Positions 16,933 through 26,247 of a stretch of DNA of 64,000 bases are shown here, one piece after another. Source of the stretch: Gemmatimonadales bacterium (GTDB taxonomy: Bacteria; Gemmatimonadota; Gemmatimonadetes; Gemmatimonadales; Gemmatimonadaceae); the NCBI GenBank assembly GCA_038253885.1, contig JBBSGP010000009.1:19105-83104 (forward strand), written 5' to 3'. The notes under the pieces were generated by a model. That model was not told where the DNA came from. It did not search any database and saw only the letters and a program-made list of their open reading frames with translations. Numbering within the stretch: position 1 is the stretch's first letter; the number at the start of each line of letters is the position of its first letter. Both the position numbers and the translations under genes were made by a program.

Positions 16933-18223
16933 CGCCCTCTTCCGTGAGCTCGTCGATCATTCCCATGATGCGATCGGCCTCTTCCGGCGCGATACCGGGC
17001 AATCGAAGAAAGTCATCGCGATCGAGGTCGATGATGTCATTCAGAGTCTTGTACCCGGCGTCCTCGAGCACCGCGACCGTCGCCGGTCCCAGCCCCTCGA
17101 TCTCCGACAGCTTCACGTCGGCCGCCTCCTGCTCTTCGGGCAGCGGTGCGAACAGCGGCGTGTCGCCGCCGCGCTCCAGCCACTCGCGACTGGAGTAGAG
17201 GTCGATCTTCCAGCCGGTGAGCTCGGACGCCAATCGGACGTTCTGCCCGTTGCGGCCGATCGCCAACGAGAGCTGGTCCTCATCCACCACGGCCTGAATC
17301 GTCTTGGAGATCGGATCGGAGAAAACGCGGGCGACGCGCGCCGGCGCCAGCGCCAGCTTCGCGAAACGCTCCGGGTCGTTTGACCAGGGAACGATGTCGA
17401 TCCGCTCGCCGCCGAGCTCGTTCACGACAGCCTGGACACGTGACCCCTTGAGGCCGACGCAGGCACCCACAGGATCGATCGAGTCATCACGAGAGAAGAC
17501 CGCGATCTTGGTTCTGCTCCCCACCTCGCGCGCGTGCGCGCGGATCTCGACGATGTTCTGCTGGATCTCCGGAACCTCGAGCTTGAACAGGGCCTGGACG
17601 AAGAGTCCGTCGGCGCGACTCAGAATCAGACGTGGCCCCTTGGGCGTCTCCTCGACGCGCTTCAGCACCGCTCGGATCGGCTCACCCTGATGAAAGTGCT
17701 CGCGATGGTTCTGATCGCGATACGGGATGATGGCCTCCGCCTCGCGAAACTTGTTGAGCATCACGACCAGCTTCCCCCGCTCGATCTGCTGGACCTCGCC
17801 CGACAGCAGATCACCGACGCGACCCGCGAACTCGTCGCGGATGCGCGAGCGTTCGCGCTCGCGGACGCGCTGGATGATTCGCTGCTTCGCGGCCTGGGCG
17901 GCCGTGCGCCCGAACTCCTCGAACGGCACCTCATCCTCGAGGACGTCACCGACCTCGAAGCCCTCATCGTAGAAGCGCGCGTCTTCGACGGTGATCTCGC
18001 GGCTGGCGTCCGCCACCTCGGCCACCACCGTCCGCAGCCGGACGATGCGGATGTCACCGCGTCCTTCATCGATGTCCACCTCGGCCTGCACCGTCGGCCC
18101 ATACTTCTTCGCCAGCGCGGCGAAGATGCCGTCCTGGAGCAGGCTGTGGAGCTCCGCGCGATCGAGCTGCTTCGTGTTGGTGATCTCGCGAATCGCGTTG
18201 AGGATGTCGCCCGAACTGACCAT
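16877..18223 (-). CDS. nusA: transcription termination/antitermination factor NusA
   Basis: 448 aa: N-terminal domain, an S1 domain (GDLLSGEVQQIERGKLVVML), two KH domains (GACVGLKGSRVQAVVNELGGERIDIV; LAIGRNGQNVRLASELTGWKIDL) and a C-terminal HhH. Confidence 0.95.
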   Translation of the reverse strand: MVSSGDILNAIREITNTKQLDRAELHSLLQDGIFAALAKKYGPTVQAEVDIDEGRGDIRIVRLRTVVAEVADASREITVEDARFYDEGFEVGDVLEDEVPFEEFGRTAAQAAKQRIIQRVRERERSRIRDEFAGRVGDLLSGEVQQIERGKLVVMLNKFREAEAIIPYRDQNHREHFHQGEPIRAVLKRVEETPKGPRLILSRADGLFVQALFKLEVPEIQQNIVEIRAHAREVGSRTKIAVFSRDDSIDPVGACVGLKGSRVQAVVNELGGERIDIVPWSNDPERFAKLALAPARVARVFSDPISKTIQAVVDEDQLSLAIGRNGQNVRLASELTGWKIDLYSSREWLERGGDTPLFAPLPEEQEAADVKLSEIEGLGPATVAVLEDAGYKTLNDIIDLDRDDFLRLPGIAPEEADRIMGMIDELTEEGGADESPPSAGGAADPAAD

Positions 18224-18244
18224 CGAATGCTCCCGTGTCGTGCT

Positions 18245-18703
18245 CTACCAGTGAAAGGCCAGCCGGGCGTCCTTCACGTCGGCCAGCGCCACGCTCATCT
18301 CACGTCCGTCGGCGGCGCGCACGGCGATCCGCTCGGCCCCCGCCTGCCCCTCCACTCCGAGAATCTCCACCTCACCTCGTCCGCCGATCGCTGCACTCGT
18401 CATCGTCGCGAGGCGACCGACGAAGCGGCGCCAGTCGGCGACTTTCCGCAACGGCCGCTCGACGCCGGGCGACGACACCTCCAGTACGTAACGCTCTCCC
18501 ACCGGCCGCTCGACATCGAGCCGCGCCTCGATCGCCCGGGACGCCGAGGCACAGTCATCAACGGTGACCGCGCTCCCATCCCGCCGGTCGAGACGCACCT
18601 GCACCAGCGGTCGCGCCTTCGTGCCCCCGACCCGCCACTCGACGAGATCGAAGCCCAATCGCTCAAGTTCCGCAGCCGCAATCTGTTCCAGCGCGTCGTT
18701 CAT
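18245..18703 (-). CDS. rimP: ribosome maturation factor RimP
   Basis: 152 aa: LGFDLVEW...VQVRLDR...GSAVTVDDCASASRAIEARLD...YVLEVSSPGVERPL. It lies immediately upstream of nusA. Confidence 0.9.
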   Translation of the reverse strand: MNDALEQIAAAELERLGFDLVEWRVGGTKARPLVQVRLDRRDGSAVTVDDCASASRAIEARLDVERPVGERYVLEVSSPGVERPLRKVADWRRFVGRLATMTSAAIGGRGEVEILGVEGQAGAERIAVRAADGREMSVALADVKDARLAFHW

Positions 18704-18726
18704 GTGAGATCACACGGCCACAGGAA

Positions 18727-18758
18727 CAAAAAAATGTGGGGCAAACTTCCCCCACATT
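18727..18758 (-). terminator. intrinsic terminator hairpin between pgeF and rimP
   Basis: On the minus strand: AATGTGGGG-gaagtttg-CCCCACATT followed by TTTTTTTG. That is a 9-bp stem, an 8-nt loop and a U-tract. It ends about 24 nt before the rimP ATG. Confidence 0.6.
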
Positions 18759-18845
18759 CACGCTCCAAGCACCACACCCGGAGCACAGGATGAAATCTAG
18801 ATGCGCCGAGAGAGAGAGTCAAGCCGAGCCGCGGCGCGCGATCAG

Positions 18846-19556
18846 CTACTCGGCGGCCACCATGACGGCCAGCTGTCGGCCCTCGTCGCCCGCCCGATGA
18901 GAGAAGAAGCGATGATTGTGGCACCGCGTGCAGAAAGGACTGGTCGCGATGCGCCGCACGCCGAGCGCCTGGGCGCGCTCGGCGATCAGGGCGCGAAGGT
19001 CCACCGTCGTCGGCCGGCCGACGGTGCGGCCCGTGAGAGCCTGGTAGACCTCCGGACTCACCTCGTAGCAGCGGCCGCATATGGCCGGACCGAGGTGAAG
19101 GGACAACTCGTCGGCCGAGAGGCCGTCCTCCTCGAGGGCGCGCACACCCTCGTCGATGATGCGGGCAGCAGTACCCCGCCAACCGGAGTGGAGGAGCGCT
19201 GCTGCGCCCGACGGATGGGCGAGGAAGATCGGCACGCAGTCTGCCACCGTCACGGCCATGGCTGTCCCTCGGTCGGCGGCCGCGTGCCCGTCGGCGTGGG
19301 GGGCGCGAAGCCATCCGGCCCATCCGCTGCCGTGACGAATGACGCGGCTTCCGTGCACCTGCTGCGCGGTCGCGAGGCGAGGACCGAAGGCCGCCAGCGC
19401 GTCGCGCAGTTGGCTCCAGCGCTCCATGACCTCGCAGACGGGATCTCGCGTGGCGGTGCCGAAGCTTCCGTTGCCGCGGGTTGTCGTGAAGGCGTGAATG
19501 CCGAAGGTCGCGAAGTCGTCGATCGTCTCGACGCCCGCGAGGAGTGGCGAGCTCAC
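18846..19556 (-). CDS. pgeF: YfiH/PgeF (DUF152) laccase-domain protein, peptidoglycan editing factor family
   Basis: QQVHGSRV...AVTVADCVPIFL...ALLHSGWRGT...LGPAICGRCYEV...CTRCHNHRFFSHRA. GTG 19556 overlaps the murA stop (GTGA). The remainder of ORF 18846..20651 is an out-of-frame readthrough of murA. Confidence 0.85.
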   Translation of the reverse strand: MSSPLLAGVETIDDFATFGIHAFTTTRGNGSFGTATRDPVCEVMERWSQLRDALAAFGPRLATAQQVHGSRVIRHGSGWAGWLRAPHADGHAAADRGTAMAVTVADCVPIFLAHPSGAAALLHSGWRGTAARIIDEGVRALEEDGLSADELSLHLGPAICGRCYEVSPEVYQALTGRTVGRPTTVDLRALIAERAQALGVRRIATSPFCTRCHNHRFFSHRAGDEGRQLAVMVAAE

Positions 19557-20851
19557 CCGGCCCGTCTTTCGGCCACGCGCTCCACGTGTGCACCGAGCGC
19601 CCGCAATCGCTCTTCGATTCGCTCGTACCCGCGCTCGATCTGACCGACGTTGTTGATCGTGCTCGTCCCGGTGGCGCAGCACGCGGCGAGGAGCATGGCC
19701 ATGCCGGCGCGGATGTCCGGCGATTCCACGGTCGCGGCGCGAAGGTTGGACGGACCGGCGACAAGGGCGCGGTGCGGATCGCAGAGCACGATCCTGGCTC
19801 CCATGCCGATGAGCTTGTCGACGAAAAACATGCGCGACTCGAACATCTTCTCGTGCATGAGGATCAGTCCGCTGCACTGCGTGGCGGTTACGATGGCGAT
19901 CGACATCGCGTCCGCCGGGAAGGCGGGCCAGGGTTGGTCCTCCAGCTTGGGCACGTGCCCTCCGAGGTCGCTGCGGATCTCCCGGGATTGATCCGCCGGG
20001 ATGACAAGGTCGGCGCCCTCGATACGACTTACTACGCCCAGTCGCTCGAAGCCCATGAGCGTCGAGCGGAGGTGCTCGACTCCCGCGCGCTCGATGCGGA
20101 TCTCGGAGCCGGTGACCGCCGCGAGACCGATGAACGACGCGACCTCGATATGGTCGGGACCGATCTCGTGGGCGGCGCCGTGAAGCGATCGCGTGCCCGT
20201 GATGGTGAGAGCGTTGGTGCCGATTCCTTCGATGGACGCGCCCATCGCGACCAGGAAGTTGGCGAGATCCTGGACGTGGGGCTCGCTGGCGGCGTTGCGC
20301 AGGTGCGTCGTCCCGTCCGCCAGCGCCGCCGCCATGAGGACGTTCTCGGTGGCGGTCACGCTCGGCTCGTCGAGAAAGACGTCGGCTCCGACGAGCCGGC
20401 GCGCGCTCAGCCGGTAGGCGTCGGTCACGTCGCAGGTCGCACCGAGCTGCTCCAGCGCGAGGAAGTGCGTGTCCACGCGACGTCTCCCGATGACGTCTCC
20501 GCCCGGCGGCGGCAGCGTGACCTCGCCACAGCGCGCGAGCAGCGGACCGGCGAGGAGAATCGATGCCCGGATCCGGGCGCAGAGCTTCGGGTCGAGGGCG
20601 GCCGGACGTACCGTGCGGGCGCGGACGCTGAGGGCGTTCCGCGCGCTCCACTCGATCTCGACGCCCAGCGAGCCGATCAGCTCCACCAGGGTTTCGACAT
20701 CGCGGATGCGCGGGACGTTGGTGAGCGTCACCAGCTCATCGGTGAGGAGCGTGGCGGCGACGATCGGAAGCGCCGCGTTCTTGTTTCCAGAGGGTCGGAC
20801 GGAGCCGGAGAGGCGGTGACCACCCTCGACGATGAACTGTAGCGCGCTCAT
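19553..20851 (-). CDS. murA: UDP-N-acetylglucosamine 1-carboxyvinyltransferase
   Basis: 432 aa: FIVEGGHRLSGSVRPSGNKNAALPI..., a full-length MurA/EPSP-synthase-fold pattern. Confidence 0.95.
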   Translation of the reverse strand: MSALQFIVEGGHRLSGSVRPSGNKNAALPIVAATLLTDELVTLTNVPRIRDVETLVELIGSLGVEIEWSARNALSVRARTVRPAALDPKLCARIRASILLAGPLLARCGEVTLPPPGGDVIGRRRVDTHFLALEQLGATCDVTDAYRLSARRLVGADVFLDEPSVTATENVLMAAALADGTTHLRNAASEPHVQDLANFLVAMGASIEGIGTNALTITGTRSLHGAAHEIGPDHIEVASFIGLAAVTGSEIRIERAGVEHLRSTLMGFERLGVVSRIEGADLVIPADQSREIRSDLGGHVPKLEDQPWPAFPADAMSIAIVTATQCSGLILMHEKMFESRMFFVDKLIGMGARIVLCDPHRALVAGPSNLRAATVESPDIRAGMAMLLAACCATGTSTINNVGQIERGYERIEERLRALGAHVERVAERRAG

Positions 20852-20936
20852 GGGCGACGTGGCGGCATGGGCGCGAAGGATGCCGTGCCGCGCTCGGAAG
20901 TCAAGCGCGGGAGGGTGTCGCGACGTCCTCCGTCGC

Positions 20937-20965
20937 TTGACACTCTCGTCATGACAAGGTACATC
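20937..20965 (+). promoter_or_regulatory. candidate sigma70-type promoter for the PII-like gene
   Basis: TTGACA (20937..20942), a 17-nt spacer, then TACATC (20960..20965). The ATG at 20973 would lie at or next to the predicted start site, so the transcript may be leaderless or nearly so. This is pattern-matching only. Confidence 0.3.
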
Positions 20966-20972
20966 GGCCTAC

Positions 20973-21320
20973 ATGCAGCTTCTGGTCGCGGTGATCAACC
21001 ACGACGAGTTCGTGGATCACGTGCTGTCGGGCTTCGTGGAACTCGGAGTGACGGGCGCGACGGTTGTGAACAGCGAAGGGATGGGACGGCTGCTGAGCCA
21101 CGATGTGCCGATCTTTGCTGGAGTCCGCTCGCTGAGTCAGAGATCGCGCCCCAACAATCAGACGCTGTTCAGCGTGGTGGAGGACGAGAAGGTGGAAGCG
21201 GCGGTCGCGATGATCCAGGAAGTGTGCGGCGATCTCCGATCTCCCGGTGCAGGTATCGTCTTCACGGTTCCGGTGTCGCGTGTCGTGGGCCTCGCGCCGG
21301 AGCTCGAATCGGAAGCGTAG
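20973..21320 (+). CDS. PII-like (beta-alpha-beta-beta-alpha-beta) small signalling-protein-family member
   Basis: 115 aa: MQLLVAVINHDEFVDHVLSGFVELGVTGATVVNSEGMG-(long loop)-TLFSVVEDEKVEAAVAMIQEVCG...GIVFTVPV. The layout matches the PII/GlnB-like fold. The ligand is unknown. Confidence 0.7.
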   Translation: MQLLVAVINHDEFVDHVLSGFVELGVTGATVVNSEGMGRLLSHDVPIFAGVRSLSQRSRPNNQTLFSVVEDEKVEAAVAMIQEVCGDLRSPGAGIVFTVPVSRVVGLAPELESEA

Positions 21321-21425
21321 CGGCCGGCGCGTGCCACGAGGCTGCCGCGTGGCCCTCACCTTGCACTCGCTCCGGGTCTGGACCGGACCGGCTCGCGGGG
21401 CGACACCTTTGACCCGATCAGACGC

Positions 21426-22064
21426 ATGATGGCTGGGCTGTGGCAGGTCATTCCGTGGGTCCAGGCGTTGAGCGCGGCCGCTCGCGACACCGTGCTCATA
21501 CGGCAGGTGAACCCTGATCCAGGGTGGTTCGGCAAGGTGACGGGAGTGGCGAGCGGGCTGGTGTCGCTCGCGCTTCTCATCCTCACCGCGTTCCTGGTGC
21601 CGGCGGCGTGGAACTTCCGGAAGAGCTACAACAAGGTGAACGAGCTTCTCAAGGCGATCCAGGCGGATATCCAGCCGATCACGCGCCACGCGAGCGCGAT
21701 CGCCGACAATATCGATTACATCTCCACGGCTGTTCGTACGGACATGCAGCAGGTGCACCTCACGATCCAGAGCGCGAACGAGCGGCTGAACGAGGCGCTC
21801 GCCATCTCCGAGAAGCGCGTGCGGGAGTTCAACGCGCTGTTGCGGGTCGTGCAGGAGGAAGCGGAGGACACTTTCGTGTCCACGGCGTCGACGCTTCGCG
21901 GAGTACGGGTCGGCGCGACGGTGTTCCAGGAAGGGGTGACCACGCCATCGGGGCTCGACCCCGATCTCGAAGACGAGGAGACCGACGATGGGTACGACCG
22001 CACGCTCCCGCCCTCAGACCGCGAGCCGGGCCCGCGCATCCGCCCGCGCCCAAGGGCTGGATGA
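21426..22064 (+). CDS. membrane-anchored coiled-coil protein, DUF948-like
   Basis: 212 aa. One TM segment (GLVSLALLILTAFLVPAAW) is followed by long helical repeats (NKVNELLKAIQADIQPITRHASAIADNIDYISTAVRTDMQQVHLTIQSANERLNEAL) and an acidic/Pro tail. Confidence 0.65.
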   Translation: MMAGLWQVIPWVQALSAAARDTVLIRQVNPDPGWFGKVTGVASGLVSLALLILTAFLVPAAWNFRKSYNKVNELLKAIQADIQPITRHASAIADNIDYISTAVRTDMQQVHLTIQSANERLNEALAISEKRVREFNALLRVVQEEAEDTFVSTASTLRGVRVGATVFQEGVTTPSGLDPDLEDEETDDGYDRTLPPSDREPGPRIRPRPRAG

Positions 22065-22095
22065 ACCACGTGATGAGTACGATCTGCTCACCGCC

Positions 22096-22443
22096 ATGCT
22101 GCTCGGCCTGGCGGTGGGCGCCGGCGTCGCGCTGCTTATCCGCACCGGACCGAAAGGACGTCCGATTCGCGGGCTGATGTCAGCGGCCGGCAGCGGGGCG
22201 TCGCTCGCCGGCCGATACGGCGGTCGGGGGGCCCGGTGGGCCGGACGCCAGGCGGGCGAGGGAGCGGGATGGGTGAGCGACCGGGCCGGCGCTCTGTGGG
22301 ACCGCGTTCCGCGCGAGGAGATCGCCGACAACGTCGGCGAGTACCTCGAGTCGGCACGCGAGACGATCAACGACGCCGTGACGCGCGAGATCAACGACCT
22401 GCGCAAGGCGATGCGCCGGCAGCGCAAGCGCCTCGGCATCTAA
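22096..22443 (+). CDS. YtxH-like small membrane or stress protein
   Basis: MLLGLAVGAGVALLIRTGPKGRP... followed by a C-terminal amphipathic helix (EYLESARETINDAVTREINDLRKAMRRQRKRL). The ORF-track start at 21988 would overlap the previous gene by 77 nt, so ATG 22096 is preferred. The start is uncertain. Confidence 0.55.
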   Translation: MLLGLAVGAGVALLIRTGPKGRPIRGLMSAAGSGASLAGRYGGRGARWAGRQAGEGAGWVSDRAGALWDRVPREEIADNVGEYLESARETINDAVTREINDLRKAMRRQRKRLGI

Positions 22444-22460
22444 TTCGGCGTCGGGCCGGC

Positions 22461-23390
22461 ATGCGCGTCATCCAGGGCGCGGCCGCCGTCGCGGCCGCGC
22501 TCGTCGCCATCGTGCTATTGCCGTCGGTCGCCCATGCCTGGACGCCGGGAACGCACATCTTTCTCGGCGAGGCGGTGCTGCGCTCCCTCTCGCTCCTGCC
22601 ACCGCGGGTCGCCGAGCTGCTGGCCGCCTTTCCCCTGGATTTCCTCTACGGCTCGATCGCGGCCGACACGAGCATCGCCAAGAAATACGCCCCGGCCGGC
22701 CGGCACTGCCACTCCTGGAACGTCGGCCTGGAAATCCTGGAGCGCGCCGACGACGACCCCCTGCGCGCCTTCAGCCTCGGGTATCTGGCCCATCTGGCGG
22801 CCGACACGGTCGCGCACAACTGGTTCGTTCCCCGCTACCTGCTGATCGCCTCCCGTACCAGCGGTCTCGGGCACAGCTACTGGGAGAGCCGCTTCGAGAC
22901 CCACCTCGGACAGGGAGTCAGCAGCCGGGCGCGTGAGGTCATTCTCCGCGACCACGGCCGTGCCGATGGCCATCTCGACCGTATCCTCAGCCCGACGATC
23001 TTCAGCACGTCCACGAACCGGCGGATCTTTCGCGGCATGGTGTACGTGCTCGACAACGAGTCGTGGCAGAAGATCTTCCAGCTCGCGGCCGAGAATAGCC
23101 GGTGGGATCTCACCGACCCGGAGGTGGGTCGATACCTCGAGCGGTCGTACGAGTACGTGATCGACCTGCTTCGACGGGTCCACGAGTCGGAGCCGTTCGC
23201 GCTCGATCCGTCGGGGATTGAGGCGCTGGGGCTTGCCACCCGCACGCGGCGAGAAGCGCGCCGGAGCGGTCTCGATTATCGCATCGCCGAAGAAGCGGCG
23301 CGTCACTTCTCCCTTCCCCCCACTTCGCTCAACTTCGCGGCGTCGCTGGCCGAGCCGATCTACGCGCCGGAGCGCTCCGAGAGCAGCTGA
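22461..23390 (+). CDS. zinc-dependent phospholipase C / S1-P1 nuclease-fold family protein, secreted
   Basis: The signal peptide ends ...SVAHA, followed by WTPGTHIFLGEAV. A mature N-terminal Trp plus His is typical of this family. Further His/Asp clusters: YGSIAADTS, GRHCHSW, GYLAHLAADTVAHNW. The start is ATG 22461. Confidence 0.7.
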   Translation: MRVIQGAAAVAAALVAIVLLPSVAHAWTPGTHIFLGEAVLRSLSLLPPRVAELLAAFPLDFLYGSIAADTSIAKKYAPAGRHCHSWNVGLEILERADDDPLRAFSLGYLAHLAADTVAHNWFVPRYLLIASRTSGLGHSYWESRFETHLGQGVSSRAREVILRDHGRADGHLDRILSPTIFSTSTNRRIFRGMVYVLDNESWQKIFQLAAENSRWDLTDPEVGRYLERSYEYVIDLLRRVHESEPFALDPSGIEALGLATRTRREARRSGLDYRIAEEAARHFSLPPTSLNFAASLAEPIYAPERSESS

Positions 23391-24835
23391 TTCACACGCC
23401 GCGGATCGGCGCTGCCCCGCGATCTCTTCATCACCAGACCGACAAGCACGCCGAGGAGCTTTGTCTCGCCGGCGCGAAAGCGGGCTGCCTCGGTCGGATT
23501 CTCGGCGAGCACTTCGTCCACCCAGCGCGCGAGCTGGTCGCGATCGCCGACCTGCAAGAGTCCCTCGCGCTCGGCCACCTGCTCCGGACGATCGCCGGTC
23601 CGGGACATGATGGCAAAGATCCTCTTCGCCGCGGAATGGCTGACCAGGTCGTCGCGCACCAGATCGAGGAGCCTCGCGAGGTCCTGCGGGCGGATCCGAA
23701 ACTCCCGGATGCCGATCCCGAGGGACTTCACTTCCTTCAGCACCTCTCCCATCACCCAGTTCGCCGCCGCCTTGGCATCCCCGTGAGCGCTCGCCACGCT
23801 CTCGAAGTAGTCGGCGAGCCGCGGACTGGCGGTGAGGAGCTCGATGTCATAGGCGCTCAGCTGGTAAGTCGAGGCGAAGCGCTGGCGCTTGCCGGCCGGT
23901 AGCTCGGGCAGCGACTTCTCCTGGTGCGCGATCCACTCCGCCGTGAGCACCAGAGGCGGAAGGTCCGGCTCGGGAAAGTACCGGTAGTCATGGCTTCCCT
24001 CCTTTGTTCGGCTCGGCCGGACGTCTCCCCGCGCAGCGTCCCACAACAGCGTCTGTTGCACGACCGCTTGCCCGCGCTCGAGCAGCGCGGATTGGCGGCG
24101 GAACTCGGCTTCCAGCGCGCGCTCGACGCCGGTGAAGGAGTTCATGTTCTTCACCTCCGTCTTCGTGCCCAGTCGCGTCTCGCCGCGCTCGCGGATGGAG
24201 ATGTTCGCGTCAACTCGAAGGCTCCCCTCCTCCATGCTGACGTCGCTGACGTCCGCGTATTCGAGCAGCTGCCGGAGAACGCGCAGATAGGCGCCGGCTT
24301 CCACCGCCGAGCGCATGTCGGGCTCGCTCACGACCTCGATGAGGGGAACACCGGCGCGGTTGAGGTCGATCGCCGTCATCCCGCGATAGCGGTCGTGGAT
24401 CGATTTGCCCGCATCCTCCTCCATGTGCACGCGGGTGATGCGAACCGAGATCGGAGTCTCATCAGCGCGCTCGCCGATGACGATGCACCCACCGGTGGCC
24501 AGCGGCTGATCGTACTGCGAGATCTGGTATCCCTTCGGCAGGTCCGGATAGAAATAGTTCTTGCGAGCGAACACTGAAATCGGGTGGACGGTGCAGCCGA
24601 GAGAGCGCGCCGCGCGAACGGCGAGCAGGACCGCCTGATGGTTGAGCACCGGCAGCGTGCCGGGAAGCGCCAGGCACACCGGGCATGTGTTGGCATTCGG
24701 AGGTGCGCCGTACGCCGCGGAGCAACTGCAGAAGGCCTTGGTGCGCGTCCGGAGCTGGACGTGCACCTCGAGCCCGACGACCATCTCGTAGCGAGTGCCG
24801 AGCGCCTCGTCGGGCGCGCGCGTCGGGGCGCTCAC
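23360..24835 (-). CDS. gatB: Asp-tRNA(Asn)/Glu-tRNA(Gln) amidotransferase subunit B
   Basis: YEMVVGLEVHVQL...CPVCLALPGTLPVLN...NRAGVPLIEVVSEPD..., with a C-terminal YqeY-like tail. GTG 24835 overlaps the gatA stop. Confidence 0.95.
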   Translation of the reverse strand: MSAPTRAPDEALGTRYEMVVGLEVHVQLRTRTKAFCSCSAAYGAPPNANTCPVCLALPGTLPVLNHQAVLLAVRAARSLGCTVHPISVFARKNYFYPDLPKGYQISQYDQPLATGGCIVIGERADETPISVRITRVHMEEDAGKSIHDRYRGMTAIDLNRAGVPLIEVVSEPDMRSAVEAGAYLRVLRQLLEYADVSDVSMEEGSLRVDANISIRERGETRLGTKTEVKNMNSFTGVERALEAEFRRQSALLERGQAVVQQTLLWDAARGDVRPSRTKEGSHDYRYFPEPDLPPLVLTAEWIAHQEKSLPELPAGKRQRFASTYQLSAYDIELLTASPRLADYFESVASAHGDAKAAANWVMGEVLKEVKSLGIGIREFRIRPQDLARLLDLVRDDLVSHSAAKRIFAIMSRTGDRPEQVAEREGLLQVGDRDQLARWVDEVLAENPTEAARFRAGETKLLGVLVGLVMKRSRGSADPRRVNQLLSERSGA

Positions 24836-26247
24836 CGATGCGCCTCCTCGCCGAGGGACCGCTCGAGCGCGAACGCGGCCCGGAACATCACGTCCTCCTC
24901 GAAGTGGGGCGCGATGATCTGGCCACCCACCGGAAGCCCGTCGACGCGGCCGATCGGCAGCGACATGGCCGGCACGCCGGCGAGATTGGCCGTGGCGGTG
25001 AAGATGTCGTTCAGGTACATGGCGTACGGATCGCTGGTCTTGGCGCCAAGCTCGAAGGCCGTCGTCGGCGCTGTCGGTGTGAAGATGACGTCCACTCCGG
25101 ACGCGAACGCCGTTCGAAAATCCTGGGCGATCAACGTGCGGACCGCCTGAGCTTTCCGGTAGTAGGCGTCGTAGTATCCCGCGGACAGCACGTACGTCCC
25201 AAGGAGGATGCGACGCGTCACCTCGGCGCCGAACCCTCGCGTGCGGGTGGCTTCGTACATGGCGCGGAGCCCGTCCCCTTCGAGCCGCAGCCCGTACCGC
25301 ACGCCATCGAAGCGGGCGAGGTTCGACGAGGCTTCAGCGGGCGCGATGATGTAGTAGACCGGAATGGCGAGGTCGGTGTGCGCCAGCGAGATGTCGCGCA
25401 CCTCGGCACCGAGGGCCCGAAAGCGATCGAGCGCCGCGTCGCAGCGGGCACGAATGCGACGGTCGAGCGCGGGCGGGAAGTATTCAGCCGGCTTCCCCAC
25501 CACCATGCCGGCCAGCGGCTGGCTCGCGCTGCCGCCCTGGGGGGCGGAGTCGCGATAGCGCGGCACCTGGTTCTCGGCCGCCGTCGAGTCGAGCGGGTCC
25601 GCTCCGGCGATCACCTCGAGTACGCCAGCCGCGTCTGCCACGCTGGCGCCGAACACTCCGATCTGATCCAGCGAGGAGGCGAAAGCGACGAGACCGTACC
25701 GGCTCACGCGGCCGTAGGTCGGCTTCACACCGACCACACCGCAGAAAGACGCGGGCTGCCGCACCGATCCGCCGGTCTCCGAGCCGAGGGCGGCCCTCGC
25801 GATGCCGGCGGCAACGACAGCGGCAGATCCGCCGGAGGAGCCGCCGGGCACGCGCGTCGTGTCCAGTGGATTGCGCGCCGGGCCATACGCGCTGTGCTCG
25901 GTGGAGGATCCCATCCCGAACTCGTCGCAGTTGGTCTTGGCGATGACCACCGCGCCGGCCTCGCGCAGCCGCCGCACCGCTGTCGCCTCGTAGGGGCTGA
26001 CGTAGCCTTCCAGGATACGCGAGCCGCAGGTCGTCGGGAGATCGAGCGTGGCGATGTTGTCCTTCACCGCGATCGCCGCGCTGGCGAGGGGGCCAGCGGG
26101 ATCGAGCGCTCGGCCGGGCGTCTCGTCGCGGAGGAGCTTGAGCGTGCGCTCGCGATCGCTCCACAGCACGATATTGAGATGGTCAGCACCCGCGCCCACG
26201 GCATCCATTCTCGCGAACGCACGGCCGACCTCTCGCTCGACGCTCAC
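24832..26247 (-). CDS. gatA: Asp-tRNA(Asn)/Glu-tRNA(Gln) amidotransferase subunit A
   Basis: Amidase signature GGSSGGSAAVVAAG...GSETGGSVRQPASFCG. Also AVKDNIATLDLPTTCGSRIL. GTG 26247 overlaps the gatC stop (GTGA). Confidence 0.93.
   Translation of the reverse strand: MSVEREVGRAFARMDAVGAGADHLNIVLWSDRERTLKLLRDETPGRALDPAGPLASAAIAVKDNIATLDLPTTCGSRILEGYVSPYEATAVRRLREAGAVVIAKTNCDEFGMGSSTEHSAYGPARNPLDTTRVPGGSSGGSAAVVAAGIARAALGSETGGSVRQPASFCGVVGVKPTYGRVSRYGLVAFASSLDQIGVFGASVADAAGVLEVIAGADPLDSTAAENQVPRYRDSAPQGGSASQPLAGMVVGKPAEYFPPALDRRIRARCDAALDRFRALGAEVRDISLAHTDLAIPVYYIIAPAEASSNLARFDGVRYGLRLEGDGLRAMYEATRTRGFGAEVTRRILLGTYVLSAGYYDAYYRKAQAVRTLIAQDFRTAFASGVDVIFTPTAPTTAFELGAKTSDPYAMYLNDIFTATANLAGVPAMSLPIGRVDGLPVGGQIIAPHFEEDVMFRAAFALERSLGEEAHR

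Noticed and set aside
18846-20651. A 601-aa ORF spanning pgeF and most of murA.
   Set aside because: Only the last 236 codons (18846..19556) have YfiH/PgeF motifs. The upstream part is an alternate-frame readthrough of murA. GTG 19556 overlaps the murA stop.
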